Shown piece after piece: positions 11,624 through 27,551 of a stretch of DNA of 64,000 nt. The notes beneath the pieces are model-generated. The model saw only the letters and a program-made list of their open reading frames with translations. It ran no database searches and was not told where the DNA came from. The DNA is from Catajapyx aquilonaris. Its lineage: Eukaryota. The stretch's first letter is position 1; each line of letters opens with the position of its first letter. Location of the stretch: contig JYFJ02001475.1 of assembly GCA_000934665.2 (NCBI GenBank), forward strand, positions 1 to 64,000, given 5' to 3'. Made by a program: the position numbers and the translations under genes.

Positions 11624-13118
11624 ATGGCGGAGGTGCGGGATGGCGAGAGTCGAGGGATGACCTGGAGCTACACCGAGTCCAAGGCTCTGATAGGCATCTG
11701 GGCGCAGGAGGAGATGCAGATGCAGCTGGAGGCTGCGGGGCTGAAGAACAGCACGGTGTGGGCCAAGATCTCGAACATGCTGGTGGAGATGGGCTTCCAG
11801 AAGAGGGGCTGGAAGCAGGCCAGGGAGAAGGTGAGACGACTGAAGAACAACTACAAGGCTGTCAGGAAGATGAACTCCATGGGATGCGGGGAGGCCAAGA
11901 CGTGTCCCTTCTACCCCCAGCTGGATGCTGTCATGGGAAACAAGCTGTCCATGAACACCCCGAATCTCATCCAAGGTGCAAGCCTTAACGACTCAGGTGT
12001 GTAAGCCATGCACCTTACGTAACTGGCAAATTACCACTACGTTACGCTGAGTTGACGTGTCCACTGTGCCTTTGCGTAACGATCATTGTCGTTAGCGGGC
12101 AACGTAACAAGTACATAACATGGCGGATCCTTATCACTGTGATCTAAAGACAGACAATGTTGCCTCTGTGCACCCAACTCAGCGTAACAAAATCATCATC
12201 ATCTTTCACAGCATGTCCCAAAATAATATTGGGTCCAGCGAATAATGAGGTCGTCATGCATTATTATTCTGCGTAATAATATCGGTAATGTCAATCTGAA
12301 TTTACAGATGCGGAAGAAGGAGTTGGTCCCCACTGCCTTCCTGTGGAAACGTATTACGACAAGGATGCGGCAGGTAATGACAGTACTTACGACCTAAATT
12401 ATGGTCACATTTGAGTTCATAATGACCATACACTGTTCCATAGATTATTAACAATTCACCGTTTCATTTCAGATGGTGACAGTGTCGGGGAACATAATGC
12501 AGAGAATCCGCTTGATATGTCTATGAACATGGAGGAGGAACATGCAAGTACATCTAGCGTGGAGGAGAGCATGCACCATGCAGATACGTCCAGTGCAAGA
12601 GAGTCAAATGGCAGTGAAATAGGTGCAGCTCATAATATCCAGGCAGCACCACGGGAAGGTAATTAGTTGCTTGAACGGCCCAAAGAAACATTGCAGAGAT
12701 TACACTTCCATTAGCTACTACCAAGCCGCCCATGACTCAATACATTACAGCAAGAAGCGTACTTTTAAAAAATCCTGCAAGGTTCCCATGGGCCAATTTC
12801 TAGGGGCAATTACATGGATAGTATTATTAACTATTTTACTCTCTCATAGTTGGAAGTCGGGCTAATAAGTCATATCGCAAGTTGGAAGCTGCCTTGAAGG
12901 TTACCGTGGACAAGTTTCTGCAGCATCAGGAGCGGCTTGAGAATGCGTTCATGACGCATGAGAAGGAGATGCTGAAGGCGGAGCTGGAAATGGAGGAGGC
13001 CAGAAGGCGTGAGGAGAGAGAGTGGAGGGAAAGGCAGGAGGCGAGAGAAGATCAAAGGCGAGCTGAAGAGAGAGCTCATGAGCTCAAAATCCTGGAGCTC
13101 CTTGCATCCAAAAAATAA
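11624..13118 (+). CDS. Myb/SANT-like (trihelix, MSANTD-type) DNA-binding protein with C-terminal coiled coil; Harbinger ORF2-like; exons 11624-11996, 12308-12373, 12473-12658, 12850-13118; ~297 aa
   Basis: N-terminus WSYTESKALIGIW...VWAKISNMLVEMGFQKRGWKQAREKVRRLKNNY...CPFYPQLDAVMG is a typical Myb_DNA-bind_4 pattern. Three phase-1 GT-AG introns give one open frame ending in an E/R-rich coiled coil (ERAHELKILELL). Confidence 0.88.
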
Positions 13119-13519
13119 TCTTACAAAATGTTCTTTTGTAATATATGCATGCTTCCAGAGCTTTATAATTTGTCATTGTTATGACAGCGAAGAAGAAAAA
13201 CTGAACTTTTGTGATACACTTCTCTTATTTGTCTCTATGAGGTTGGAAGAGAAGGATACGTTAGTGCTTTTTCTTTTTGAGATTCTTCATTTTTGCAATA
13301 AACTGTTATGCAAAGTATCAAGCCTTCAATTTTGACAAACAATGCATAAAGTCTCACATCAATTAACATAATTAATATGAAGTGTGTGTGGATATTGGAT
13401 AATTTCAGAAGTACAGCCATTCCCAGACTTACGTACCTCTGACACGTGTAAAACATTTCCAAGGTGCTCAAAAAATCCCAGGTTCAAATTCTATTATTGC
13501 AGGTCTGTTGTTCTAGAAT

Positions 13520-14321
13520 CTAGATAGTATGACCTATAATTGCCCTAATATGTCCACAATGGATTTGCACACCTACCGGATATTTTGCAGAGTTCCTTTG
13601 CTGATCCCTACGAGATGGGTGGTGATTCTCTGTGTTTGTATCAAGTTTCCACAGGCAGATAACATTTGCAAAGATGGGTGATGTCCTTTTTTCCAATACG
13701 TCCACACAATCTCTGAAAATGGATCCTTATTAGAGAAGCGACATAGTTGTTACTTTTATCAATTCTCTCATTGCTCAGGGTTAGATCTACCAAACATACA
13801 GTATACCTCATGCTTCAGAATTGAGCTCGCATCCATTTGCATGCAAATTATTGCTTTCTGTCACTGTGCCACATGAAACATAAATCTTGAATGTCTTCAA
13901 CATTGTATGGATGAGCTCAACTTTGAAAATAGTTTTTTTTTTGTATTGGTTATTAATATATTGTAATATGCACCATGCAATCTACCGTGAAGTTTCTCAC
14001 CCTGAAATTCTCCAACAATCATTAATTGTCCAGCATCCTATGATGCGAGTCCAGAAGTGAGGATCGCTGGTCTTCATCCCCATCACTGTCCACAATGCAG
14101 ATGCCTCCAAAAATCAAGAGGGAAGTGCACAGAAAATACTGCAGCCTCGCCTGCTGCATAGCGTAAAACTTCCTGACTCTAGCTCTATGACGCTGAAGTA
14201 TGGCAGCCAAGCGACTATGCGAATCAGATGTGCATTCATCCTCCTTTAGGAGCCGAATCCTCCTGTGTTCTCTTTGTTTACGAAGGAGGTCCAGGTAGTA
14301 TAGTTGAGCATTTTCTGCCAT
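13520..14321 (-). pseudogene. decayed PIF/Harbinger transposase (HARBI1-like N-terminal half)
   Basis: Frameshifted pieces in colinear order: basic/hydrophobic N-terminus (14321-), HFWTRIIGCW..ND / LLENFRV (~14065-13990), ICLWKLDTNTE, HLVGISKGTLQNIR*VCKSIVDIL (13617-13546). These resemble the W..ENFRM ... LWRLAT..EY..I.HLFG.....V...V..VC.AI pattern of Harbinger transposases. No DDE core recognisable. Confidence 0.7.
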
Positions 14322-14640
14322 CTCAAGTCGAATGTTCCAGAAAAGACGGCATGTTTGCTGTGGAAAATGTCTGTTGCACCTCTGCCCACCAGGGAGGCAC
14401 CTCTGTCATGGAAAAATTAAAATGTGATTAGGCATATCCAATGTCTAAAAGGTAGACTCAGATGTGCGGTTCTAATCATGATTGCTACGGCCTTGCATAC
14501 ACACACCCACACTGTTCCAAGTTAATTAAAATCGCCATTGTGACATCATCTTATTGCAGATATTCACAGTACAGATGCACTACCTAACTTCGAAAGTGTT
14601 TGGTTAAAAATTAATAAATTGTTTACTAGTAATTTTTCAC

Positions 14641-15072
14641 CAGTTTGTATATTACGTTGTGCTGTACTCGTGTACTGGCAGCAAATGACTTCTGATGGAA
14701 GTCATGCAAGAAATGCCAATCTCGGCATACACGTACCTTTTTATGCCTCTTCCGCTTCCTATAATGCCCAGACGCTGCAGGGCATAAATCGTAGGTTTCA
14801 TCGCAGTGTGGCACCGTCTGGTTGCCAATTGATGAACACGCAGGTGGCGCACGTCCATTGCATTCTTTGCCCTTTTCTTTCGAATGCTGCGCCTCAGAAG
14901 GGTCATCACAATCTTGAGTCATCTGGTCCACTTCCACTGGTACCATGTCGACACTTGGACCCACTCGATCCATTTCCGTCTCCTCATCTTGTTGTGTTTG
15001 AACCATCCATGACTGTCGCACAGGGATGTATTGCTCTCTTCCTACCACTTCCTCCACTGCCGCAAGAGACAT
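14641..15072 (-). CDS. possible coding exon of unknown product (144 codons), can splice in frame to the 14402-14022 ORF
   Basis: Acceptor CCACAG| just upstream of the ATG, donor CTG|GTGAAA at 14641 (phase 0), in-frame acceptors at 14403 and 14358. Promoter-like motif at 15312-15335. No recognised domain. Confidence 0.35.
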
Positions 15073-15958
15073 TCTTCTGTGGAATATTAAAAATAGTTAA
15101 ATAATAATCAGAAACCACTCTGTCTGACAATGTCCTGGGCATGCCATTTCCTGGTGGTTCACTGGTGTCTTGTACATATTCTAGCTTACCTATAGAGTAA
15201 CGACGTGCTCACGGTTTTCTGCCTATCTGACGCTGTAATAATTGATGCTGTAGCTCGTAAATCCTGTTACTTTCATATGAAATAAAGCGTGTGAAAATGC
15301 CGACAGCTGGACGCCATTTTGAAGTCGCATTCCGACGCCTGTTCCTTAAATGCAAGAACAACTTAAATGGCGGCCAATTTGAAGCTTGAAATAATACTTT
15401 TTCTAGCTGTCACTTTCGTCCAAAATGGCCAAAATCCAAATTATTTATCATTTTGTATTTCAAATCATCAATTACAAACACTGTGGCCGTAAATATGAGC
15501 AATACTCACTGATACAGAAATATTCAGTCACATTCTTATTTGACATGTAATGTACCATATTTGACATCATATAAAGATGCAATATACCCCCCAAAAAATC
15601 GTCCTGCATCTTATACGATAATACACTAAAAACTTCATTTTTTCCTGAATATGATCTGCAGAAATGGGGATGCTTCTTATATGCGATCAAACATGGTAAA
15701 TGGTACTGCCCGTTTCCGGATCACTGGCGTCAGCATGTCCCTTTTGGATCTGAAGAGATGAGCAGGATGGACACTCAAAGTGAGCATACATGGCCATCAC
15801 TTTGGCAGGGTGGATCACCCAAGTACAAGATTGCGGTAAGATACGAGTGCAATAGGCTCATTATACACGACAGTTAAAAAGGATTTAATTGGTCAAAAAA
15901 AAATGCAACACAAGACAATATATTTATGAAAGCAACCGTAATGTCCCAAATTTTCACT

Positions 15959-19600
<3,642 letters not shown>

Positions 19601-20104
19601 TTTCACTGGATTTCCTCGACAGAATTTTCTTCAGCAGAGAACCTCCGGTCGGCCATCACCCGTCAGCAGGGTTGCCAGATGAGGACGCTCATCCGCAGAT
19701 ATCGCACTACTATTAAATAATACTATTATAATATAACACTACAATAATACTTTATTATTATAAAAGAGTAGTCATATATTTATAGGATCAATGTGCGTTG
19801 CCAGATGCAGCAATTTGCAGAGCCATCTGGCGGCCGATTATCCCGCCACTTTTCAAATAGGAAAATGAGCCATTTATGCAACAAGCGCTTGCTTTTTTTT
19901 TGCAAATATTATTCAACACAGAAGCATAAATAGGAGTGTGTGTCCCGCTTGTTTTGGAGTGTTCATACAGCTGATTTTTTCCTTACCACAAAAGAGGCTC
20001 GCGTTTTTTGGGGCGGGTGTCTGCTCAGCACAAAAAAAAAAGCGGCTGCGTGAATGGTCCGGCAACTTCAAAGCGCCGCCGCTGCTTCTTTTCTGCAGCT
20101 AAAA

Positions 20105-21367
20105 ATGGCGTTGAGTAAGAAGGCTTTTGCTGAGGCTAAGACCAAAGAGAAGTTTTACAGGAAGGAGAGGCTCATACAGGAGGTGCAGACCAGGCCGGCA
20201 TTGTGGGACAAGAGTCGGAGGGACCACAGGGTGAGGGAAGTCCTCAACGCGCAGTGGCAGGAGGTGGCAGATGCAATGGGAAGTACATGTAAGTACGTGC
20301 CACATACCGTATACCGGAGTAACTGTAGCAAGTACGCCTTGTAATAAACAAGGGGTTAGTCACTTATGAAGTCCTTTGTACACTGCGCCCGAAGTCCGGT
20401 TGAATTCCAAGTAAAGTCGGTAAAGCCCATTGAAGTGAATAATCCGTCAAAAATAATTCAGTATGACATGTTGGTTAATTGCAGCGACTGAAGTACGAGT
20501 GACGTGGAAGAGCCTGTTGGACTACTTCTGCAATGTGCATTATACTGCGACTCACATGCGTAATGAGGTTAAGTGGGCACACTATGAGTCGATGATATTC
20601 ATGCGGGATCAGGTGGAGATGAGGAACAGAACGTGAGTCAATGCGTACTGTAATTGTCAGGTAATTTTAATAACTGAAGTTGTGGTTCACTTTCAGGTCA
20701 AGAGGAAATGGAGTGTCGGATGATTCTAATGACATGCTGTATGTGGAGATTAACCCGGGTTCGCAGATGAATGAGACTCAACCAGCGTCGCCCCCAAGCA
20801 TTGATCCCACGACCCAGCAACTTTACATGCCGGCGGATCCACACTCGTCTGCTGAACCTGCCTCGATTACGCCAGATCTGATTGTCACAAAGTCTGAAGT
20901 GCCACCCAACGACGCATGTGATGAAGACTCAACAGATGCATCAGTTGCCCCAGAACCGACTCCAAAACCCCAGACTGACACTACATCGGCAGCACCTGGC
21001 ATGGGAAAAACCAGGAGGCCTAGCAGGAGAAAGATGGAAGCAACTGACGTGATTGACGAGGAACTACAAAGTGTGGCAAAAAAGCTTAAGATCGTGGAAA
21101 GGTGAGACTTTTAATTAATTGTTTGAAGAGGTTGACCACTTGTAAACATTTCGCATTAATTGGTGACATCGTTCACTCATTTTCAGCGAATTGGAGGAGA
21201 ATTCAAGGCACCTGGAAGACAAATATCGGGGCTTCTGTAATTACATGGCAGGCCTTTTGAGAGATGATGTTCCAGAGGAGTTGAAGCATAAGTGCATACA
21301 GGACTTAATGACAGTGATACATGCGTATGTAGCCGGAAAGCGACCCAACATACATGTTCCTGATTAA
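20105..21367 (+). CDS. MADF-BESS domain protein (Harbinger ORF2-like); exons 20105-20288, 20485-20632, 20697-21101, 21187-21367; ~305 aa
   Basis: MADF: LIQEVQTRPALWDKSRRDHR...QWQEVA...WKSLLDYF...KWAHYESMIFM. C-terminal BESS-like DKYRGFCNYMAGLLRDDVPEELKHKCIQDLMTVIHAY. All introns GT-AG and phase-consistent. Confidence 0.88.
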
Positions 21368-21720
21368 CACTGCAAAAATTTATTATTGTATGGGCGCATG
21401 GCAACAAAAGATTATCTCTGTTAGGAATGCTGTACATATTGTTGAAAAAATTATGTAATTCTGCCAGTGAAATGATGTAACATGGATTCCAAATTGAAAC
21501 AGTTTAAGATTGTTGTAAATTGTTAACTTTTTCTGGTTCATCTTCAGAAAATTTGAAAAATTCAATATTGATTTTTTTTCAGTGATATTTCCAGGCTTGA
21601 CCACCATGCCCTTGCCCCTCTTGCACCTGATATTTTGTATATAAAAACAACAACACTGTAAATAAAGCCTTTTGGTTACTCGATGGCCTGAGCTACAACA
21701 CAACTTGCCTTCTTGCACTG

Positions 21721-23992
21721 TTACGTGTCCATTTTTCTGCAATCATCGTCCCACTGCCAGGGTACTTCTCCAGCGGACGAAGAAAAATAACAGGTGAAGT
21801 CCTTCCTAACATTTTGTGCAGCTGCGGTCAAATTTCTTGTCTGAATGGGTTGCAAGTTTTCCAGACCCAAAGGAGATGACACTTGCTCGTTAAAATCCTC
21901 CCGCCATTCTCCGTCCTTCACTTCCCCACTGACGTCCACATAGTCTGCATACCAATCTGGACAATACACCTTGTCGTTAATCCCTGCTTCTTCTGCCATC
22001 ATGACATTGTGCAGCACAAGGCATGCTCTGGTCACCTGCTGAATGGTGTCTGGTTTCAGTGGCAGGGGCTTGCAGAATATCTTCCACTGCTGGGCAAGAA
22101 TTCCAAAGGCATTCTCACTGCAGCGTCTGTTGGAGTACATGAATTAGCATCAAACAACTGAAACAAGAATAAATTATTCAATGAACTTTTTCAGAAGAGA
22201 CCCACCTTCACAGGATTTAAAAAGGATGGGTACAAGTAGCCTAATGTAGGCTATTTACCGATGAGCATTAAAAGTAACTATGCAAAAGTTAACTGATTAA
22301 AATAAGCTGCTTAGTGCCAAAAAAAAAATCAAGAGAAATTGGACAAGTATTTTGGATGTCTAGTCCATGTTAAAATCTCCTCTACTTTTATCTGAAGATT
22401 AACAAATAATTCAACTTAACTGGCTCGATTTAGGCGATAGTTGAAAACTTGCTCCTCTGAAGTCAAGAATTCACAGGAATATGGCTGCAGAATATTCTGT
22501 GACATCGGAAAGGCAACATCACCAATTAGGACGTATGGAGCCACTATATCAGAGCGTGGAAGAAGTGACGCTTCGGGAAAGAGGAGTGTTCCTGATTCCA
22601 CAGCCTGGCCCAGATCAGAAGCTTTGAATGCTCCATCACCACTTCTGCAGCCATAGGTGCCAATGTCCACTGTGATGAATTTGTAGTTAGCATCCACTGC
22701 GGCCATTAGCGTAACAGAATTTTGCCTCTAAAGTGATGAAATAAATTAGTACGATCTCTGCCATGCTGCATTTTGGGTGCAGGTATACCATGTAATTCCT
22801 AGTGAGGGAGCTGGAATTTTTGGGTGGGTTGATGATCACGTGTTTCCCATCTAGAGATCCACAACAGTGGGGAAATTGCCACTGCACAGCAAACTCATGG
22901 GCCAGTCTGGCCCAGTGTTTAGCCGTGACCTCCTGAAAATGTTACAATGTTACATGAAATCAAACTTTGAATGCATGCAACTAACAGTATGACCTACAGG
23001 GAGGTAGATGGGCTGCAGAACATCCCAAAGAGCTGCGGTTGTTTCTTTCACAACATTGTGCACAGTTGAAATGCCTATACAAAATTCTGTTGCCATTGCA
23101 GAATAGCCATTACCACTTGCTAGAAACCTGTGGGATTCAAGCCTATGTAATGACAACCAAAAGTGCAAGAGATTTTTAATAGTCTCAACTGCAATTAGGT
23201 TATTTTAAACTGGAATTATGTGAATTGGAGCCACTGTAACTTATCCAACTTTGCCACTATGACAATATCATATACGAACATGACATACTCAACGCATCTT
23301 CATGATACGAATGGTGAGTTTATACCGTACCTCAAAGTAATAGCGAGTCGGTGAGATGGAGACAGGGGCTCTCTAGTCATGCAAAACTTCTGCAACCTAT
23401 CGCTAAGCAGTTGTGTGAGTTTATCAAACACTGAAGGTGACATCCGCATGTTCATTCTGAAGTAGTCGGTATCCCACACTCCCTCCACCTGCATCTGGAA
23501 AGAAAATATATTTTAGGCTACATGGCAGTGTAACTATTATACATGTTGGGTTCCCACAACCACTAAAGAGACATCGGCTTATTTTGATAATATGATTAAT
23601 AGTATTGGAACCCTAACACAATAATTTTGGAAATTGTTTCCAAATTATGTCTTGCAAGGAATGTTTTTTACTTTCGTAATGGTTGTGATACCCAAGTCTG
23701 CAAAGGCTTGTAACTTTGCAACACCACAGAAGCTAACATCCCGCATGTCAAAAAACGGAAGAAATCATAATGTGCTTATTACTTGTTGATGATAGACACC
23801 AAGACTCTTTCTCCTGGAGATCTCCAAGACCCCAAACCTCTTATTACGCAGCCTTTTCTTCATCATCAGCAGCACCTCCATCCGCAAAAGGAGGCACTTC
23901 TTCCGCAACAGCAGCTGATGCAATCTTGTATGATCCACTGTCTGGCCCACTCTGTTTCCCCAAGTCCTTATAAGATGGTCACTGGAATTCAT
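21721..23992 (-). CDS. PIF/Harbinger transposase / HARBI1-like DDE nuclease; exons 23992-23783, 23494-23331, 23127-22998, 22932-22789, 22727-22420, 22126-21721; ~453 aa if the last intron is spliced (donor is TT, not GT)
   Basis: Motifs FRMNMRMS..FDKL, RLAITLRFLASG, WQFPHCCGSLDGKHV, LMAAVDANYKF, IGDVAFP, FNYRLNRARRCSENAFGIL, ACLVLHN. Four canonical introns; the fifth donor reads AG|TTAAGT. Confidence 0.88.
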
Positions 23993-24559
23993 AGGCTGTA
24001 AAAAATAAATTTGTTACAAAAATCAACGAGTGAAAACACTGTACTTTTCAATTATTGCTCTTGTACGAAACTACACGGTGACTGTCAAGTCTGGATGCAT
24101 AATGTACGGAAAACGAGAGAACGATCTAACGTCATCGTTCCTTCCATTGTTGCTTTTTGTTGACACTGTTTACTCATACTGTTTTGCGAGAGTATTTACA
24201 TGGAAACATTGATGGCATCAGATCGTTCACTCATTTTCAGTACATTAGGTAATAATAGAGTATTGTCCGTTGCCAGGACACTATTTGTCAACCAACAATG
24301 CAATATTATTACCGATGTGTCCAGACTTTATGGTCACCCTGTGCAGTGTTGCAAGGTAAATAATTTTTTGCAAATCTTCACAATGCACTCTTGCAATTAT
24401 TGTGGAGGTTGTTGATTTATGGGCAACATGAGTACCACAAGTTGTGTCATCAGCCTCAATGACATGGTTCAAGTAATATTTTTTCTGATTAAAAAAAAAT
24501 ATATATATATATATCAATGCTTGTGGAGAATATCTTGCTGCAAGATATGTTAATTATGC

Positions 24560-24786
24560 AACTTTCTATGGATGCAACCATTTTAGTAACTGCTGGCATC
24601 GTCATCGCTTCTTCCTCTGTTGGCTCCACCTTCGAGTAAGAGGCACTGCAGGATTCAGATTCCTCTGGTATGAACAATGATGGTTCCTCCTTCACATCCA
24701 CATGCAGCAGAGTTTCCTGCTTCATCCAAGTCCCTTCAACAGTCAGGTTATCTTCCAGCTCTTTCTTCACAACAGCAGAACACATG
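24560..24786 (-). pseudogene. finger-less fragment of the ZF gene family (N-terminal acidic module only)
   Basis: VVKKELEDNLTVEGTWMKQETLLHVDVKEEP...KVEPTEEEAMTMP resembles the N-termini of ZF genes 1-4. Same promoter motif at 24929-24952. No fingers found downstream. Confidence 0.55.
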
Positions 24787-25246
24787 TTGCTATAGGAGCA
24801 GGAGTACTTTAATGACACTTCTATGTGATCATGCACACTTCTCCCATTTTTTCTTACCCACTGTTGTCTCCTGTGTAGTCCATTATTAGATGTTAATTAA
24901 GAGGAAACTAAAGAGGATGAATGGCAGCGGCCATGTTGGGGGCGCATTCCGACTGATGCTGTGAATTAAACGATGGCCAATAGGCGTGGTGGTGGTATCG
25001 ACCCCGCGATATTTAAACTGAAAAATCTTTCAAGACTAAATTGCAGGTTGTGTCTTTAAGTGTGGGAAGAGTTATTAAAGTTGTATTTGTCGATGTTATG
25101 TTCAACCACCATCTACAAAGCAGGCAGTCTGATACGATGGACAAGAAAATCACCTATAAATTTGGTTGGTCAGGAATCAATTTTAGCGAAATTTCATTCA
25201 TTTAAACATTTATTGAGGGCCTATTAGTTTCATATATTTTGACAGA

Positions 25247-26020
25247 CTAGTATGATTTCTCATATTTGGGCTCTTCGTACTTGGGCTGCTCGTATCCGTA
25301 GGATGGCTTCTCATATTTCGGCTGTTCATATCCATATGACTTCTCTTCGTATTTGGGCTGCTCGTATCCGTAGGATGGCTTCTCGTACTTGGGCTGCTCG
25401 TAGCCATATGATGGCTTCTCATATTTCACCTGCTCGTAGCCGTAGGACTGCTTCTCCTCGTACTTGGGCTGCTCATATCCATATGACTGCTTCTCATACT
25501 TGGGCTGCTCGTAGCCGTAGGACTTCTCCTCGTACTTGGGCTGCTCGTATTTCGGTTGCTCGTACCCGTAGGATGGCTTCTCATACTTTGGCTGCTCATA
25601 ACCATATGATTTCTCCTCGTACTTGGGCTGCTCGTAGCCGTAGGACTTCTCCTCGTATTTAGGCTGCTCGTACCCGTAGGATGGCTTCTCGTACTTGGGC
25701 TGTTCATATCCATATGACTGCTTCTCTTCGTACTTGGGCTGCTCGTACCCGTAGGATGGCTTCTCATACTTGGGCTGCTCGTAGCCGTATGACTGCTTCT
25801 CTTCGTACTTTGGCTGCTCGTATTTCGGTTGCTCGTACCCGTAGGATGGCTTCTCATACTTCTGCTCGTAGCCGTATGAAGTGGGCGCTGGAGTCATCTC
25901 GTAGTACCCAGCATATGAAGAAGCCACAAGGGCCAGGAAGATCACAAGCAGAAGCTACAAAAGGGAGAAAATAATGAGACATATTACAACCAACCCAAAT
26001 TGCAAACTCACCTTAGCCAT
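25247..26020 (-). CDS. secreted Tyr/Glu/Lys/Pro-rich tandem-repeat protein; exons 26020-26012 and 25954-25247; 238 aa
   Basis: ATGGCTAAG|GTGAGT and TTTTGTAG|CTT (phase 0) give signal peptide MAKLLLVIFLALVASSYA. 16 copies of SYGYEQ(P)K separated by YEKP/YEEK/YEEKQ. TATA box upstream and AATAAA at 25214-25209. Confidence 0.9.
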
Positions 26021-26100
26021 TGTTGCTCAAAATATATGAAACTGGATACTGAATGTAGAGTTGAGCTGAGACGAAAGAGAACGACATTGGGGCAGGCCAG

Positions 26101-26112
26101 GCTTATATAGGG
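26101..26112 (-). promoter_or_regulatory. TATA box of the repeat-protein gene
   Basis: CCTATATAAGCC on the minus strand ~85 nt upstream of the ATG, followed ~30 nt later by a pyrimidine-rich Inr-like stretch. Confidence 0.7.
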
Positions 26113-27551
26113 AAAGAACTTGGTTCCTATTGGCCCAGCAGCTTGTATGCAAATGTATAGAGACACGTGACCGCATTTGCCAGAAGGAATTACTATATGA
26201 GCATAAGATAACAGCTTTCGGAGAAGAATGATATGCAGCAAGAAAAAAATAGTTAAATGCCAAAATCAAACTTCTCTCACATGTTCCATTTGCAATCTAC
26301 ATTTCATACAGATTTTTTTTGGTTCCAAGCTGGTTATTATTAAGCAGTTTCTTTGTATTGTATCGGCACTGTTGCTAATATTAGGTTGAAGGATTACTAT
26401 TTTTTAAACCAGTACAGTGAAGTGGGACCTAAACCTGCAATTTCACATGTTAAAAAACTTATTCAGAAAAATTGATACATGCAAATAAGCCTTTCGCTGG
26501 AGTTCGTGTGCTGCAGTTTGATCCGATATTTCCCAGAGTCGTCACCTAACGCCTCATAGCGACCACTTGAGGAACAAGGCGATCCTGCTAAACCTTAATC
26601 ATGGCCGTCTGTAACGTGCCAACATTATTAATGTCATTTATACAGGCGTTCATGCGAATTATTTTAAATGCGGTATGCATGAGTAGTGCTTACGTCATGC
26701 AGTGGCATCCCGCTGATATACCGACATCGAATTATGCCAAGCTCCCACATGACGAATGGCTATAAATGCGTATCAATTAACACTGCGGCCACCTCACACA
26801 AATAAATACATAATTGGCACGGTGGGACGTCATCCAGCCAGTTATTTAGAGTTAACTTATAATTAACATTACTCGCAAAATTAGGGGCTGATTGTATGTT
26901 CATCACGACACTTGTTTCTGATTAATTAGAAGTTAACTCGTTGCCAAAATTTATCAACACTGGCGGCCACTACCAGTTGGTCACATAGGCTGGAAAAGAC
27001 ATGTCACCACAATATTCTTGATGATGAATGGCAGAGAACGTGGCTGACGATTGATTTCTGCTTCTGGAACTTGGGGGAACATGAGAGGGACCCACCTTCA
27101 CTAAATTTCTGAAAACGCTGACAGAGGATTCGGTCCCATCAGTGGCTCGAAAATCCAGACCAACTTTTGGTGACCATCATGGAACGATCTTCCACTTCTC
27201 ATTTTTTTTTTTTTCGTTTTTTTTTTTGTTTTTTTGTTTTTTTTTTTTTTTTAAAAGGGTAAGCGTAAATAATGAAGCGCCTGGCAAGTTCCTAGCATTT
27301 ATTGCATACATAAACTTTAGTACACATGCAACATGTTCTCCAAGGTTGCACTGTACGAATAGGCTATGGTGATACAGTATCTGCAAAGTGTACTGCAAAC
27401 AATGGGCCTTTAACATTGTGACATTTGCTAATGAAAGGAGTATAAACTACGCCATTTCCAATTCTAGATAACAATGTACGACCAAACTTTGTCGTACACT
27501 GGCGCATAGGGTGTCCCAAAAGTCAGCTTCTCATCTGGCGATTATGTCATC

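Noticed and set aside
11423..11986. AGGCTTGCAC / GTGCAAGCCT as TIRs
   Set aside because: Only 10 bp, the right copy lies inside the intact Myb/SANT exon, and the flanks do not form a TSD.
11488..11988. 166-aa overlapping ORF and antisense ORFs in Myb/SANT exon 1
   Set aside because: By-product of GC-rich codon usage in the real frame.
25210..25974. Alternative-frame and antisense ORFs over the repeat-protein gene
   Set aside because: Shadows of a codon-periodic repeat; only the SYGYEQPK frame has a signal peptide, splice sites, TATA and polyA signal.
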